A DNA stretch of 54,354 nucleotides from an uncultured Candidatus Sumerlaeota bacterium (GCA_964625145.1 CAZVAQ010000004.1:1-54354), one strand, 5' to 3'; numbered from the stretch's first letter, positions 28,082 through 36,875 are shown. A program made the numbers and translations. Notes: generated by a model from the letters alone, not told the origin.

Positions 28082-28226
28082 GAGAAGGATGAATTGGGAA
28101 TTGTGAATGATGACGGATGAAGAAGAATCGGGGACGGTGGGAGTGGTACTCGCGCCGTCCTGTCCAGCCCTCAAGCCAGACGCCAGTACTCACACTCTGG
28201 TAGCACAGACCCGCCAATAGCAAAGT

Positions 28227-28252
28227 GCCCCCTCCGCGGATGCGGAGGGGGC
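28227..28252. terminator. strong hairpin between convergent genes (probable bidirectional terminator, weak U-tracts)
   Basis: GCCCCCTCCGC-ggat-GCGGAGGGGGC, a perfect 11-bp stem, flanked by CAAAGT and GCTTTGG. Confidence 0.45.
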
Positions 28253-28319
28253 GCTTTGGCTATCTGGAATGTTCCGATCCTCACCATGCGGTCCGGACCG
28301 GACCCGTGAAGAAAGATTC

Positions 28320-28406
28320 CTAGCGCTTGAAGCGCATGCGCTTGCGCAGCTTCTTGTACTTGTGCTTGCGGATCTTCTTCCGCCGCTTCTTGATCACGCT
28401 ACCCAT
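28320..28406 (-). CDS. 28-aa highly basic micro-protein, bS22-like (AURKAIP1/COX24-type small ribosomal protein)
   Basis: Below the track's size cutoff. My translation: ATG 28406...TAG 28320 = MGSVIKKRRKKIRKHKYKKLRKRMRFKR (17 of 28 residues are K/R). The N-terminus MGSVIKKRRK matches actinobacterial bS22 as I recall it. AGGAG lies 13 nt upstream. An in-frame upstream ATG at 28430 would add MERRTSPP. Confidence 0.6.
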   Translation of the reverse strand: MGSVIKKRRKKIRKHKYKKLRKRMRFKR

Positions 28407-28634
28407 AGGCGGGGAGGTTCTCCTTTCCATCCGCCCTTGGCGGACAAGTCTGAATTGCGGGCGCGCGGCCCGCAGGGGCAGGAATCAAGAGGGACCGCAC
28501 CCCCGAAAACAAGCGGAATGTGTCGCCGGCGCGAATGAACTGTAAGCCGGGGCGCGTCAACACTTGCGGTCGTGCCCCGACCCGAGGCTTGATTGTCCCC
28601 AAGGCAGCGCGATTTTCAAACCCGGTACTGGTAA

Positions 28635-31600
28635 GTGGTGCCCGCCGAGACTCCCATGCCCCATCGCCCCCTCACTCCGGCCGGTCTGCTTTTCCTCGCA
28701 GTGCTAGATTTCGCCCTCCTGGCGATCGCCTGGTGTGCGGCCTATCTGGCAGTGCTTGGCTTCACGATCCCGTCCGAGGCGGAGGCGGACTACGTCTCCC
28801 AACTCCTGATTCTGCTGCCTTGGGTGGCGCTGTCCGGGGCTGTCCTGCTGACGCTGGCCCGGACCCGCCGCTTTGGCCTCCCCCCATCGGCGGCCGCCAT
28901 CGGCCAGGTCCTGCTCCCAATCCTCGGAGTTTCCCTCATTTGGGGGGCGTTCGCTGCTTGGGTCAAAGGCCAGGAGATATTCCTGCAACTGCCGCTGAAC
29001 GAGACGGCGGAGTTGGTGCTGCCCCTCCCCGGGGGCGTCGTGGCCCTGTTCAGCTTGTTCGGGATCCTTTTGGTCGGGGCGGTTCGCGGGGCAGGGTACT
29101 TGACAGCCCCCAAGGGCCCCGCCCCCGGCGATGCGCAGCCCAGCCCCGCCGTGCTGGTGGGATCCGGGCCTCTGGCGCGGTTGGTTGCCTCGGATCTGGC
29201 GGGATTGGCCCGCCCTGCGTGGAGACTTCTGGCAGCGGTGTCCCCGGAGAGCGAACGCACCGGCGCGGCCGTCGCCGGGCTTCGAGTGGCGGGGCGGCTG
29301 GAAATGCTCCCTCAGATGCTGGGAGAGACATCCGCGACCGCGGTTCTGGTTGTTCAGGACGAACATGAGCCCGCCCTGTTGCGGGAAGTCGTGCGGCGTT
29401 GCGAGGACTTCCCGGTGCGGCTGCTCATGGCCGAGCCGACGGCGGCCTCCTCGGCCGATTTGCGGCCCGTCCGCCTGCAGGACCTGATCGCCCGCAGACC
29501 GGTTGCCCTCCATGCGCCTGCCGAGCGGGGACCGTTCCGCGGCGAGCGCCTCCTGATCACCAATGCGGACACGCCCGCCGGGTTGGAGTTCGCCTGGCAG
29601 GCCGCCCGCGGCTTCCCGGCACTTATGATCCTGCACGGATCTTCCGAGGATGCGCTCGCCCGGTGTGCGCTGCGAATTCGGCGAGAACATCCCAGCCTGC
29701 CGGTGGAGACTGTCCTGGCGGGAATACAGGATCCGGATTCGTTCGATGCGGCGGTTCGCCCCTTGGAGCCTACCGCCCTCATCCATGCGTTCCCGCTGCA
29801 CCGCGTTGATTATGCCGAGCGCTTCCCGGCACATGCCATCGAGCTGACCGTTCTGGGCACGGCGACGGTGGCGGAGTTGGCGCGCGACTTGAAGTTTCAC
29901 CGCACGGTTTTCCTCTCCAGCGTGAAGGCGGTCTATCCGGTCGGCGTGCTGGGTGCGTGCCTGCGCTTGACCGAGCAGATCGCGTGGCGCTTGGGGCGCG
30001 ATGTGGAGCACTCGGTCCAGGTGGTGCGGCTCCCCACGTTGGTGGGAGGGGGATTTTCGGCGCTTGAAGTTTTTGAAGACCAGGCACGCAACGGCAAGAG
30101 CCTGACTATTTCGCATCCCGATGCCACGCGGTTGTATCTGGGAGTCGAGGAGGCCGTTGATCGCGCGCTGCAGGCCCTGAGCGCTCACGCCGGCAACGGG
30201 CGGTTGTTCCTGGTGGATCCGGGCGATCCGGTGCGCGTCGCGGATCTGGCGCGCGCCGCGGCCAGCCTGGCTGGCAAGCGCCCCGGCAAGGACCTGACGA
30301 TCACCTATACCGGCATAGGGCCCGGCGAAAAGCTGCGCGAGGAGATCTCCACGCGGGGCGAGGAGTTGCTACCGACGGAAGTCAGCGGTGTGCTGATGGT
30401 GCAGCCGCGAGAGGTTCCCGACCGCGATCGCTTGTTCGATGGCATGGCAGGATTGGGCGAGATGATCCCCCACGCCAGCCGCGAGGAGTTGCTGCTGGCG
30501 CTGCGGGAATTGGTCCCGGAATTCCACCCGGCTGACTTGCCGGAGCGCGAGGACTCCGAGGCCTTTCTGTCCGACAAGTTCTCCCCTGCCGGGACGGAGC
30601 AAGCGACAGCCGAATCCGACGATCAGGATTGGCCGGGCGAGATGGAGCCCAGCGAGCAGGAAGCTCCGGACTTCGAACATTATGAAGCGGAGGCAGACGA
30701 ATCCGCGAATCAACCGGGGATCGAAACACAATCGGACATCGAGGATGAAGAGCTGGAGCCGTTGGCACTGGGGCAGGCAAGCGATCAGGAAGAACGGCCG
30801 CTGAAGATCACACGTCGGCCGGTCATCTTCATGGATCTGGAGGAAGGGCAGGCTGCAGAAGAAGGGGCCGCGAAAGAGGAAGCGGGCGAGGAGATCCTCG
30901 AGGAATCTCACTCTCCCGAACTGGAGCCGGAGGAGGCGGTGCAGCCCTTGACATCCTCACCGGCGGCGACCGAAGAACACGCCCCCGGAATGGAGACTTC
31001 CTCCGCCGCGGTGCCGGAGACGGAACAAGAGTTCCTGTTTCCGGATTGGCTGCTGGAAGATGACGTCACTCCGGCTGCGCCAGACTCAGCAACTCCGGAG
31101 CCCGTCGACCAGGAAAAGTCCCCCGATCTTGTGGAGTCATCCACACCATCATCCCCCCAGAAGGAAGATCAAATGAACGAGCAGTTTGCCGAGCTGAAGT
31201 CCCGTGGAAAGCTGGAAGTCAAGCCCTTGTCGCCACTTCCCGCAGAGGCTGACATCGTCCTGCTTGTCTTCATGGAGGGTCTGAGCGCCGCGCGTCAGCG
31301 CGAAGTGCTGGAGCATGCGGAAGAGCGCTTCCCGGACGATATCCACTTCCTTTTCGCCGGCCTGCATCCCGACGCGCCGATTCCTGCCTCGTTGGACGAA
31401 CGCGCCCGCGGGCTGGATCCGTCGATCCCTGCGGGGGCAAAGCTGTGGAACGCGGCCCTGGAGGCATCACCGGAGAACGCGCTGCTGTTGTCCTTCCCGC
31501 CGCGCGTGGAATTCCACGCGGGCTTCTTCAAGACGCTGCGCGATTTTGCGGCGCAACACCGTGAGTCGGTGCTCTTCTACGCCGATCACATCGAGCGGAA

Positions 31601-32741
31601 GGGCGACAAGGAAACCGAGGTCCGCGTGCATGACCACAACGGCTGCCCGCACGAGCGATTCGAGTTCGGCCCCGTGATCATCTATCGCACGGCGGCATTG
31701 AATGCCATCGGCGGGTTTGACGAATCGCTGGTGCATGCATGGGAGTACGATGCGCACCTGAAGCTGATGGTGGAGGGTTACTTCACGCGCATCCCCGGCC
31801 CGCTGTACACGGCCAATGAAGAGGTGGTCGACTCCCAGTCCTCCGCCTTGCACTCGCCGGGACGCGGACCATTGGGCGGCTTCTCCTATGTGTTCTATCC
31901 GGAGGAGATGGATCGCGAAGTGACCAAGGTTTTCGAGCGCGCCTTGCGCAAGGTCGGCGCGTGGATTAACCACGACACGGTTCCCGTGCCCCAGCCCGCG
32001 ACCAAGCCGGAAGTCATGGCCTCCGTTGTGATCCCGGTCCTGAACCGTGTGAAGTATATCGGCAACGCGATCGACAAGGTCCGGGAGGGGACGTTCCAGG
32101 ACTTCGAGGTGATCGTCGTGGACAACGGCTCCACCGATGGAACGTGGGAGCTGCTCGAGGAGTACACGAAGCGTGATCCTCGGATCCGATTGCTCCGCGG
32201 CAAGGGGAGCACGATCGCGTCGGCGTTGAACGAGGCCATCCGCGCCTCACGCGGGAAGTACATCTGCCAGCTCGACAGCGACGACCAGTACGCCCCCACC
32301 ACGCTGGAGAAGATGATCGGCCACTTGGAATCGCACCCCAAGTGCGGGCTGGCCATCAGCTACTACCGGTTGATGGACGAAACAGGCAAGGTCATCGATG
32401 ATGTGGCACCAATCACGCACTCGGGTTACTCGCGGAACCAGATCCTGCGGCGTGACGGTGCCGGTGCGGTCCGGATCTTCCCCAAATCGGTCCTTGAGGA
32501 GTTCGGACTGTACGATGAGGAACACTACGGCAACTTCGGCGAGGACTATGACATGGTCCTCAAGACCGGCGAGAAGTACGATGTGGACCTGGTGCACGAG
32601 GTGCTGTACTTCTATCGCCGTCACTCGGACAACACCGATGTGATCCGGGATCCGGAGATGAAGTATCACAACAAGAACCGGGCGCGACAGATGGCGCTGC
32701 GGCGGCGGATGAAGATCAATGAGGAACTCGGCAAGCTCTGA
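28635..32741 (+). CDS. multidomain membrane protein: TM region + degenerate CapD/PglF/WbpM-like domain + acidic linker + divergent GT-A-like region + family-2 glycosyltransferase
   Basis: 1368-aa ORF (GTG 28635; ATG 28656 is an alternative start). N-terminal hydrophobic helices. The Polysacc_synt_2-like region is recognisable from RPVRLQDLIARRPV...GPGEKLREE. A Glu/Asp/Pro-rich linker spans about 30540-31180. C-terminal GT2 domain: VVIPVLNRVKYIGNAI...EVIVVDNGSTDGT...ICQLDSDDQY. Confidence 0.75.
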   Translation: MVPAETPMPHRPLTPAGLLFLAVLDFALLAIAWCAAYLAVLGFTIPSEAEADYVSQLLILLPWVALSGAVLLTLARTRRFGLPPSAAAIGQVLLPILGVSLIWGAFAAWVKGQEIFLQLPLNETAELVLPLPGGVVALFSLFGILLVGAVRGAGYLTAPKGPAPGDAQPSPAVLVGSGPLARLVASDLAGLARPAWRLLAAVSPESERTGAAVAGLRVAGRLEMLPQMLGETSATAVLVVQDEHEPALLREVVRRCEDFPVRLLMAEPTAASSADLRPVRLQDLIARRPVALHAPAERGPFRGERLLITNADTPAGLEFAWQAARGFPALMILHGSSEDALARCALRIRREHPSLPVETVLAGIQDPDSFDAAVRPLEPTALIHAFPLHRVDYAERFPAHAIELTVLGTATVAELARDLKFHRTVFLSSVKAVYPVGVLGACLRLTEQIAWRLGRDVEHSVQVVRLPTLVGGGFSALEVFEDQARNGKSLTISHPDATRLYLGVEEAVDRALQALSAHAGNGRLFLVDPGDPVRVADLARAAASLAGKRPGKDLTITYTGIGPGEKLREEISTRGEELLPTEVSGVLMVQPREVPDRDRLFDGMAGLGEMIPHASREELLLALRELVPEFHPADLPEREDSEAFLSDKFSPAGTEQATAESDDQDWPGEMEPSEQEAPDFEHYEAEADESANQPGIETQSDIEDEELEPLALGQASDQEERPLKITRRPVIFMDLEEGQAAEEGAAKEEAGEEILEESHSPELEPEEAVQPLTSSPAATEEHAPGMETSSAAVPETEQEFLFPDWLLEDDVTPAAPDSATPEPVDQEKSPDLVESSTPSSPQKEDQMNEQFAELKSRGKLEVKPLSPLPAEADIVLLVFMEGLSAARQREVLEHAEERFPDDIHFLFAGLHPDAPIPASLDERARGLDPSIPAGAKLWNAALEASPENALLLSFPPRVEFHAGFFKTLRDFAAQHRESVLFYADHIERKGDKETEVRVHDHNGCPHERFEFGPVIIYRTAALNAIGGFDESLVHAWEYDAHLKLMVEGYFTRIPGPLYTANEEVVDSQSSALHSPGRGPLGGFSYVFYPEEMDREVTKVFERALRKVGAWINHDTVPVPQPATKPEVMASVVIPVLNRVKYIGNAIDKVREGTFQDFEVIVVDNGSTDGTWELLEEYTKRDPRIRLLRGKGSTIASALNEAIRASRGKYICQLDSDDQYAPTTLEKMIGHLESHPKCGLAISYYRLMDETGKVIDDVAPITHSGYSRNQILRRDGAGAVRIFPKSVLEEFGLYDEEHYGNFGEDYDMVLKTGEKYDVDLVHEVLYFYRRHSDNTDVIRDPEMKYHNKNRARQMALRRRMKINEELGKL

Positions 32742-34092
32742 CAGACGCCTTCGGCGCATCCTGAGTTCGGCAGCCATGGCTCCAGTAGTCATGGCTGCCG
32801 TCATCTTTTGGAGCGGTTGTACGGATACCGGCGACGCATCGGCGTCGCTGACGCCCCATCGCGTCCGCCCCACCACGTTTGAGATCGCCCTGGAGGAAGC
32901 GGGGACGGTCGAGGCCACGCGCGTCATCTCCATCACGGCCCCCGAATCGGCGCGACTGATCTTCCTGCCGGACACGGGAGCCATGGTGAAAACCGGTGAG
33001 GTGATTGCCCAACTGGAGACACAGCAGGCCGAGGAGACTCTCCAACAGCGCCTGAACGAGTTGCAGTCGGTGAAGGCCGACCTGGAAGCGACGATCGAGT
33101 CCCTTCAGGTGGCATTGCGCGAGAACACGCTCAACCGCGACCTGGCCCAATCGGAACTGGAGTTCAGCACATTGCGGCTTCAGGACGTGAAGGTGCGGCT
33201 AGCGGAGACGGAGGTCCTGCTGGAAAGTGCCGTCGTCCCCGAGGATGATGTGCGGACTGCGCAATACAATGTGGATTCGACACGGCTTAGCACTGTGACG
33301 ACGGACCTGTCACTGCGCTCGCAGGTGGCCACCAATGTCCAGGGGCGGGCGGAGTGGATGTCAAACATCGCCCGCAATGAATTGCGCGGCAGGCGGGCCC
33401 TGCGCGTTCTGGGACAGGCCCAGCGCGAGATTGAGCAGGCCACGATCCGATCTCCAATCGATGGCATTTTCATCCGCGCCCGTTATTGGGACCATCGGCA
33501 ACGCGCCATGGCAGAGCCACGCCCGGGCGAGGACATTCGCAGGGGCCAGGCACTGGGCACCATACCGGATCTCAACTCGTTGGTGGTGAGGACCCAGATT
33601 CCCGAGTCGTATCTCCTGCGCGTGCAGCCGGGCACACGGGCGGTGGTGGAGTTTGATGCCCATGACGATCTGGCATTGGAGGGTCAGGTGGTCTCCATCG
33701 GCAATGTCGCCATCGACCGGGAATCGAGTGCCGGCGGTGCCATCATCCAGACAGAGAGTTACTCCGGCCAGAAGGTCTTTGAGGTCCTGATCAAGTTCGA
33801 TGATGTGGATACCCGCCTGCGGCCCGGCATTACGGCGCAGGTGCGAATCCTCCTCGATAGCCGCAAGGGGGTGCTCACGATTCCCGTCGAGGCCATCGTG
33901 CCCGACGAGAAGGTATCGAGCGTCCTTGTCATGGATTCCAACAACAAGCCTCAGCTTCGGCAGATCAAGGTGGGTGACCACAATGGCTCCGAAGTGATCG
34001 TGCTGGAGGGGCTGAATGCCGGGGAGATAGTGGGAGTTCGGGGGTCGGCCAACAGGGATCAGGCTTCCGCGGGAAGACGAAGAAGCGGCTGA
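32719..34092 (+). CDS. HlyD-family membrane-fusion (periplasmic adaptor) lipoprotein, paralog 1
   Basis: 457-aa ORF that overlaps the giant gene's 3' end by 23 nt. Lipobox-like AAVIFWSGC. Lipoyl-like hairpin, long coiled coil, beta-barrel segment (IRSPIDGIF...) and membrane-proximal domain typical of adaptors. Confidence 0.75.
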   Translation: MRNSASSDRRLRRILSSAAMAPVVMAAVIFWSGCTDTGDASASLTPHRVRPTTFEIALEEAGTVEATRVISITAPESARLIFLPDTGAMVKTGEVIAQLETQQAEETLQQRLNELQSVKADLEATIESLQVALRENTLNRDLAQSELEFSTLRLQDVKVRLAETEVLLESAVVPEDDVRTAQYNVDSTRLSTVTTDLSLRSQVATNVQGRAEWMSNIARNELRGRRALRVLGQAQREIEQATIRSPIDGIFIRARYWDHRQRAMAEPRPGEDIRRGQALGTIPDLNSLVVRTQIPESYLLRVQPGTRAVVEFDAHDDLALEGQVVSIGNVAIDRESSAGGAIIQTESYSGQKVFEVLIKFDDVDTRLRPGITAQVRILLDSRKGVLTIPVEAIVPDEKVSSVLVMDSNNKPQLRQIKVGDHNGSEVIVLEGLNAGEIVGVRGSANRDQASAGRRRSG

Positions 34093-34295
34093 GCCTTGGG
34101 GGGGCAGATTGACCTGGCCTCTTGCCACGGCAATTGATGCGCGCCGCCTATTCCCCTAGGGGGGGTGAGGCGGCGCGAACTATGCATGGAGGTGTGTGGT
34201 GGGGAACGGTGCCACGGCACCGCGATTCCCTTTGCTTCCGGCAGATGGGAAATCACCTTTTGAAGCCAGCATTTTAGCCACGGGCCTTTCATATC

Positions 34296-35654
34296 ATGAC
34301 ACAACGGTACCATTCAACTTCCGATCCTGACCGGCGGTCGGTGCTGCGCCCCTTGGCGCACCTTGCCACAGCGGTGTGTGTCGTATTGGCCCTGTGGGGG
34401 TGCTCCAACCAAGCGGATCCCGCGGCGCAGTATGATCGCCTTGTTGTGAGGAAGGGTACCTTTGAGGTTACCCTGGAAGAGGCCGGGACGGTGCAGGCCA
34501 CGCGGGTGGAATCGATCATCCTGCCCATGAGTGGCCGCCTGATCTATCTTCCCTCCACGGGGACGCCGGTGAAGCAGGGTGATATCATCGTTCAATTGGA
34601 GACGCAGCAGGCGGAGGAGACTCTGGAGCAGCGGCTTAATGAGCTCAAGTCGCTGGAGGCCGAGCTTCAGTCCACGATCGAATCGCTGCAGGTGGCGCTC
34701 CGCGAGAACACGCTGAACCGCGATCTGGCGGAATCGGAGCTGGAGTTTAGTACCCTGCGCCTTCAGGACGTGAAGGTGCGTTTGGCGGAGACAGAGGTGC
34801 TACTCGAGCGTGCCGTGGTTCCCGAGGACGACCTGCGCGAGGCGTCGTACAATGTGGATTCCACGCGCATGAGCACTGTGACGACGGATCTGGCTCTTCG
34901 CTCGCAGATTGCAACCGGAGTGCAGGAGCGTTCCGACCGCATGTCGGCGATCAGCCGTGCGGAATTGCAGGGGCGGCGGGCATTGAGGTTTCTTCTGCGG
35001 GCTCAGGATGACCTGCAACAGGCAACGATCCGGGCACCGATCAATGGGATATTCCTGCGCACGAGCCGATGGGATTGGCAGTCGCGGAGCATGCGCGAAC
35101 CGCAGCCGGGTGAGGAAGTGCTGCGCCGGCAGGAAGTCGGGCAGATTCCCGATCTGGACTCTTTGATCGTCAGGACCCAAATTCCGGAATCGTACCTGTT
35201 GCGGGTGAGCAAAGGCAAGCCGGCCACGGTGAGTTTTGATGCGCACGATGGATTGCACAGCACTGGCGTGGTGAAGTCGATCGGCAATGTCGCGATCAAC
35301 CGTGAGGAAAGTGCCGGTGGCGCCATCGTTCAGACCGACCAGGCTTCCGGCCAGAAGGTCTTTGAAGTGGAGGTCGCCCTGGATGAAGTGGATCCACGCC
35401 TGCGCCCGGGGATCACCGCCCAGGTGAAATTCGTGCTTGAGAGACACGAGGATGTCATAACAGTTCCCATCCGGGCCGTGAGGACCGATGGGGCGGATTC
35501 TCGAGTGGCGGTCCTGAGGCCCGACGGCAAGGTCGAGCAACGGACGGTGACGCTCGGCATGCACAACGAAATGGATGTCATCGTGCTGGATGGGCTTTCA
35601 GCGGGCGAGGTCGTGGGCTTGCCCCGGCAGTTGATCGGAAATCCTTCCACCTAG
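34296..35654 (+). CDS. HlyD-family membrane-fusion (periplasmic adaptor) lipoprotein, paralog 2
   Basis: 452-aa ORF with lipobox-like VLALWGC. Collinear with paralog 1 and near-identical through the coiled coil (QLETQQAEETL.QRLNEL...TIESLQVALRENTLNRDLA.SELEFSTLRLQDVKVRLAETEVLLE.AVVPEDD). Confidence 0.75.
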   Translation: MTQRYHSTSDPDRRSVLRPLAHLATAVCVVLALWGCSNQADPAAQYDRLVVRKGTFEVTLEEAGTVQATRVESIILPMSGRLIYLPSTGTPVKQGDIIVQLETQQAEETLEQRLNELKSLEAELQSTIESLQVALRENTLNRDLAESELEFSTLRLQDVKVRLAETEVLLERAVVPEDDLREASYNVDSTRMSTVTTDLALRSQIATGVQERSDRMSAISRAELQGRRALRFLLRAQDDLQQATIRAPINGIFLRTSRWDWQSRSMREPQPGEEVLRRQEVGQIPDLDSLIVRTQIPESYLLRVSKGKPATVSFDAHDGLHSTGVVKSIGNVAINREESAGGAIVQTDQASGQKVFEVEVALDEVDPRLRPGITAQVKFVLERHEDVITVPIRAVRTDGADSRVAVLRPDGKVEQRTVTLGMHNEMDVIVLDGLSAGEVVGLPRQLIGNPST

Positions 35655-35761
35655 GCCCTGCCATCCGGCGGAAAGAGATGCAGGCCAGCCTTGCGCCGCT
35701 GCATTGTCCTGTCCACCCATCCTGACCCAGATAGTTCCCGCACAGGAGTTTCGCCAAAGTC

Positions 35762-36427
35762 ATGACAGAGACCTCATCAAAGATCTCCGCCTCCAGCACC
35801 GGGTCAATTCCCCGGATGCGCTTTCCGATGCACCTGAAGCGCCGCAAGAAGTACCGGCTGCGGCGGCGCGGGTACACCTTTCAGGCAGAGCCCGATCGTG
35901 GTGGTTCCTCCGCCGATGCCATCAGGATCGCCAACCTTGAGCGAGACTTGGCCGAGGCCCAACAAAAGCTGGAAGAGGCCGAGGCACGGATCATCCGTGG
36001 GCTCAGTGACATCGAGAACCTGCGCCGACGTTTCCAAAGGGAGAAGGACGAGCTGCGCAAGTACGCGACAGAGGACCTGATGCGATCCCTCGTGCCAGCC
36101 ATGGATCACTTCGGCTTGGCGATCAAGTCACTCGACGCGGCCAGCGACACAGAATCGGTCCGCCAAGGCGTGATCATGATTCATCGTGAGTTGGAGAGCG
36201 TGTTGGAGCAATCCGGCCTGAGCATCATCGAGCCGGGGGAGGTCGCCTTTGACCCGAACCTGCACGAGGCGGTGGGGACGGATGCCGATCCGTCGAAGCC
36301 CGATGGTGTAATCCTGGAGCTGATGCGGCCGGGTTGGTCATTGAACGGGCGGGTGCTGCGGCCGGCATTGGTGCGAGTGAACAAGGTCCAGCCGACAGAG
36401 GTCACAGAAGAGACAGCGGCCGAGTAG
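35762..36427 (+). CDS. grpE: nucleotide exchange factor GrpE
   Basis: Coiled-coil LEEAEARIIRGLSDIENLRRRFQREKDELRKYATEDLMRSLVPAMDHFGLAI and C-terminal ...EPGEVAFDPNLHEAVG...GWSLNGRVLRPALVRV. The start codon is uncertain because the N-terminus is a basic, disordered-looking extension. Confidence 0.8.
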   Translation: MTETSSKISASSTGSIPRMRFPMHLKRRKKYRLRRRGYTFQAEPDRGGSSADAIRIANLERDLAEAQQKLEEAEARIIRGLSDIENLRRRFQREKDELRKYATEDLMRSLVPAMDHFGLAIKSLDAASDTESVRQGVIMIHRELESVLEQSGLSIIEPGEVAFDPNLHEAVGTDADPSKPDGVILELMRPGWSLNGRVLRPALVRVNKVQPTEVTEETAAE

Positions 36428-36432
36428 ATTGC

Positions 36433-36465
36433 AAAAAGCCCCCGAAGATTGTCGGGGGCTTTTTT
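36433..36465. terminator. bidirectional rho-independent terminator
   Basis: AAAAA-GCCCCCGA-agattg-TCGGGGGC-TTTTTT, sitting exactly between the convergent stops at 36427 (+) and 36467 (-). Confidence 0.75.
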
Positions 36466-36466
36466 C

Positions 36467-36790
36467 TCAGCTGGCAGCCTTTTCCTTGTTCAAGTCTCTC
36501 GCCCGATTGAGCAAGTCATCGGCGCCACGCATCTTGCATTCGGCCAAGGCGATGCCGGCCTTGATCAACTCCTTCTCGCTGTTGACCAGATGCTCGGTGA
36601 CGTCAACGGGCAGGGTCTTGAGAACCGTGTCGCGCAGGCCACCGATCACGCCGCAGAGCGCGCCCGCGGCGTCGAAACTCCAGCGGCGATTCTTCTCGTC
36701 GTTCTCGTCTTCGTAGTAGGTCTCGTAAGTGGTGCCGTTCGGACCGCCACTGTCCTTGTGCTCTTCGTGTTCCTTCTTGCTCTTGCTCAT
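36467..36790 (-). CDS. small charged hypothetical protein (107 aa)
   Basis: ATG 36790 is preceded by AAGGAG. MSKSKKEHEEHKDSGGPNGTTYETYYEDENDEKNRR..., a central AAGALCGVIGGL, and a helical C-terminus. No family recognised. Downstream of, and co-directional with, the ABC ATPase gene. Confidence 0.55.
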   Translation of the reverse strand: MSKSKKEHEEHKDSGGPNGTTYETYYEDENDEKNRRWSFDAAGALCGVIGGLRDTVLKTLPVDVTEHLVNSEKELIKAGIALAECKMRGADDLLNRARDLNKEKAAS

Positions 36791-36875
36791 CTTCGGGGCT
36801 CCTTCTCAATGAATGCGATGCCACCCTATCACGAGGCAATCGCCTTGCCAACCGAAACACGCTTGGCGGCGGGCC

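Noticed and set aside
28704-30188. 494-aa minus-strand ORF, and similar long antisense ORFs (43711-45129, 49840-51159, 5375-6499, 10268-11173, 13126-14214, 46360-47262)
   Set aside because: Each lies opposite a + strand gene with clear family motifs (giant GT fusion, dnaA, gldG-like, S9 peptidase, oxidoreductase, GH20, Ppm1-like). They are stop-codon-poor antisense frames expected in GC-rich DNA.
35655-35761. Search for a CIRCE (TTAGCACTC-N9-GAGTGCTAA) heat-shock operator upstream of grpE
   Set aside because: No match or near match is visible in the upstream region. No claim made.
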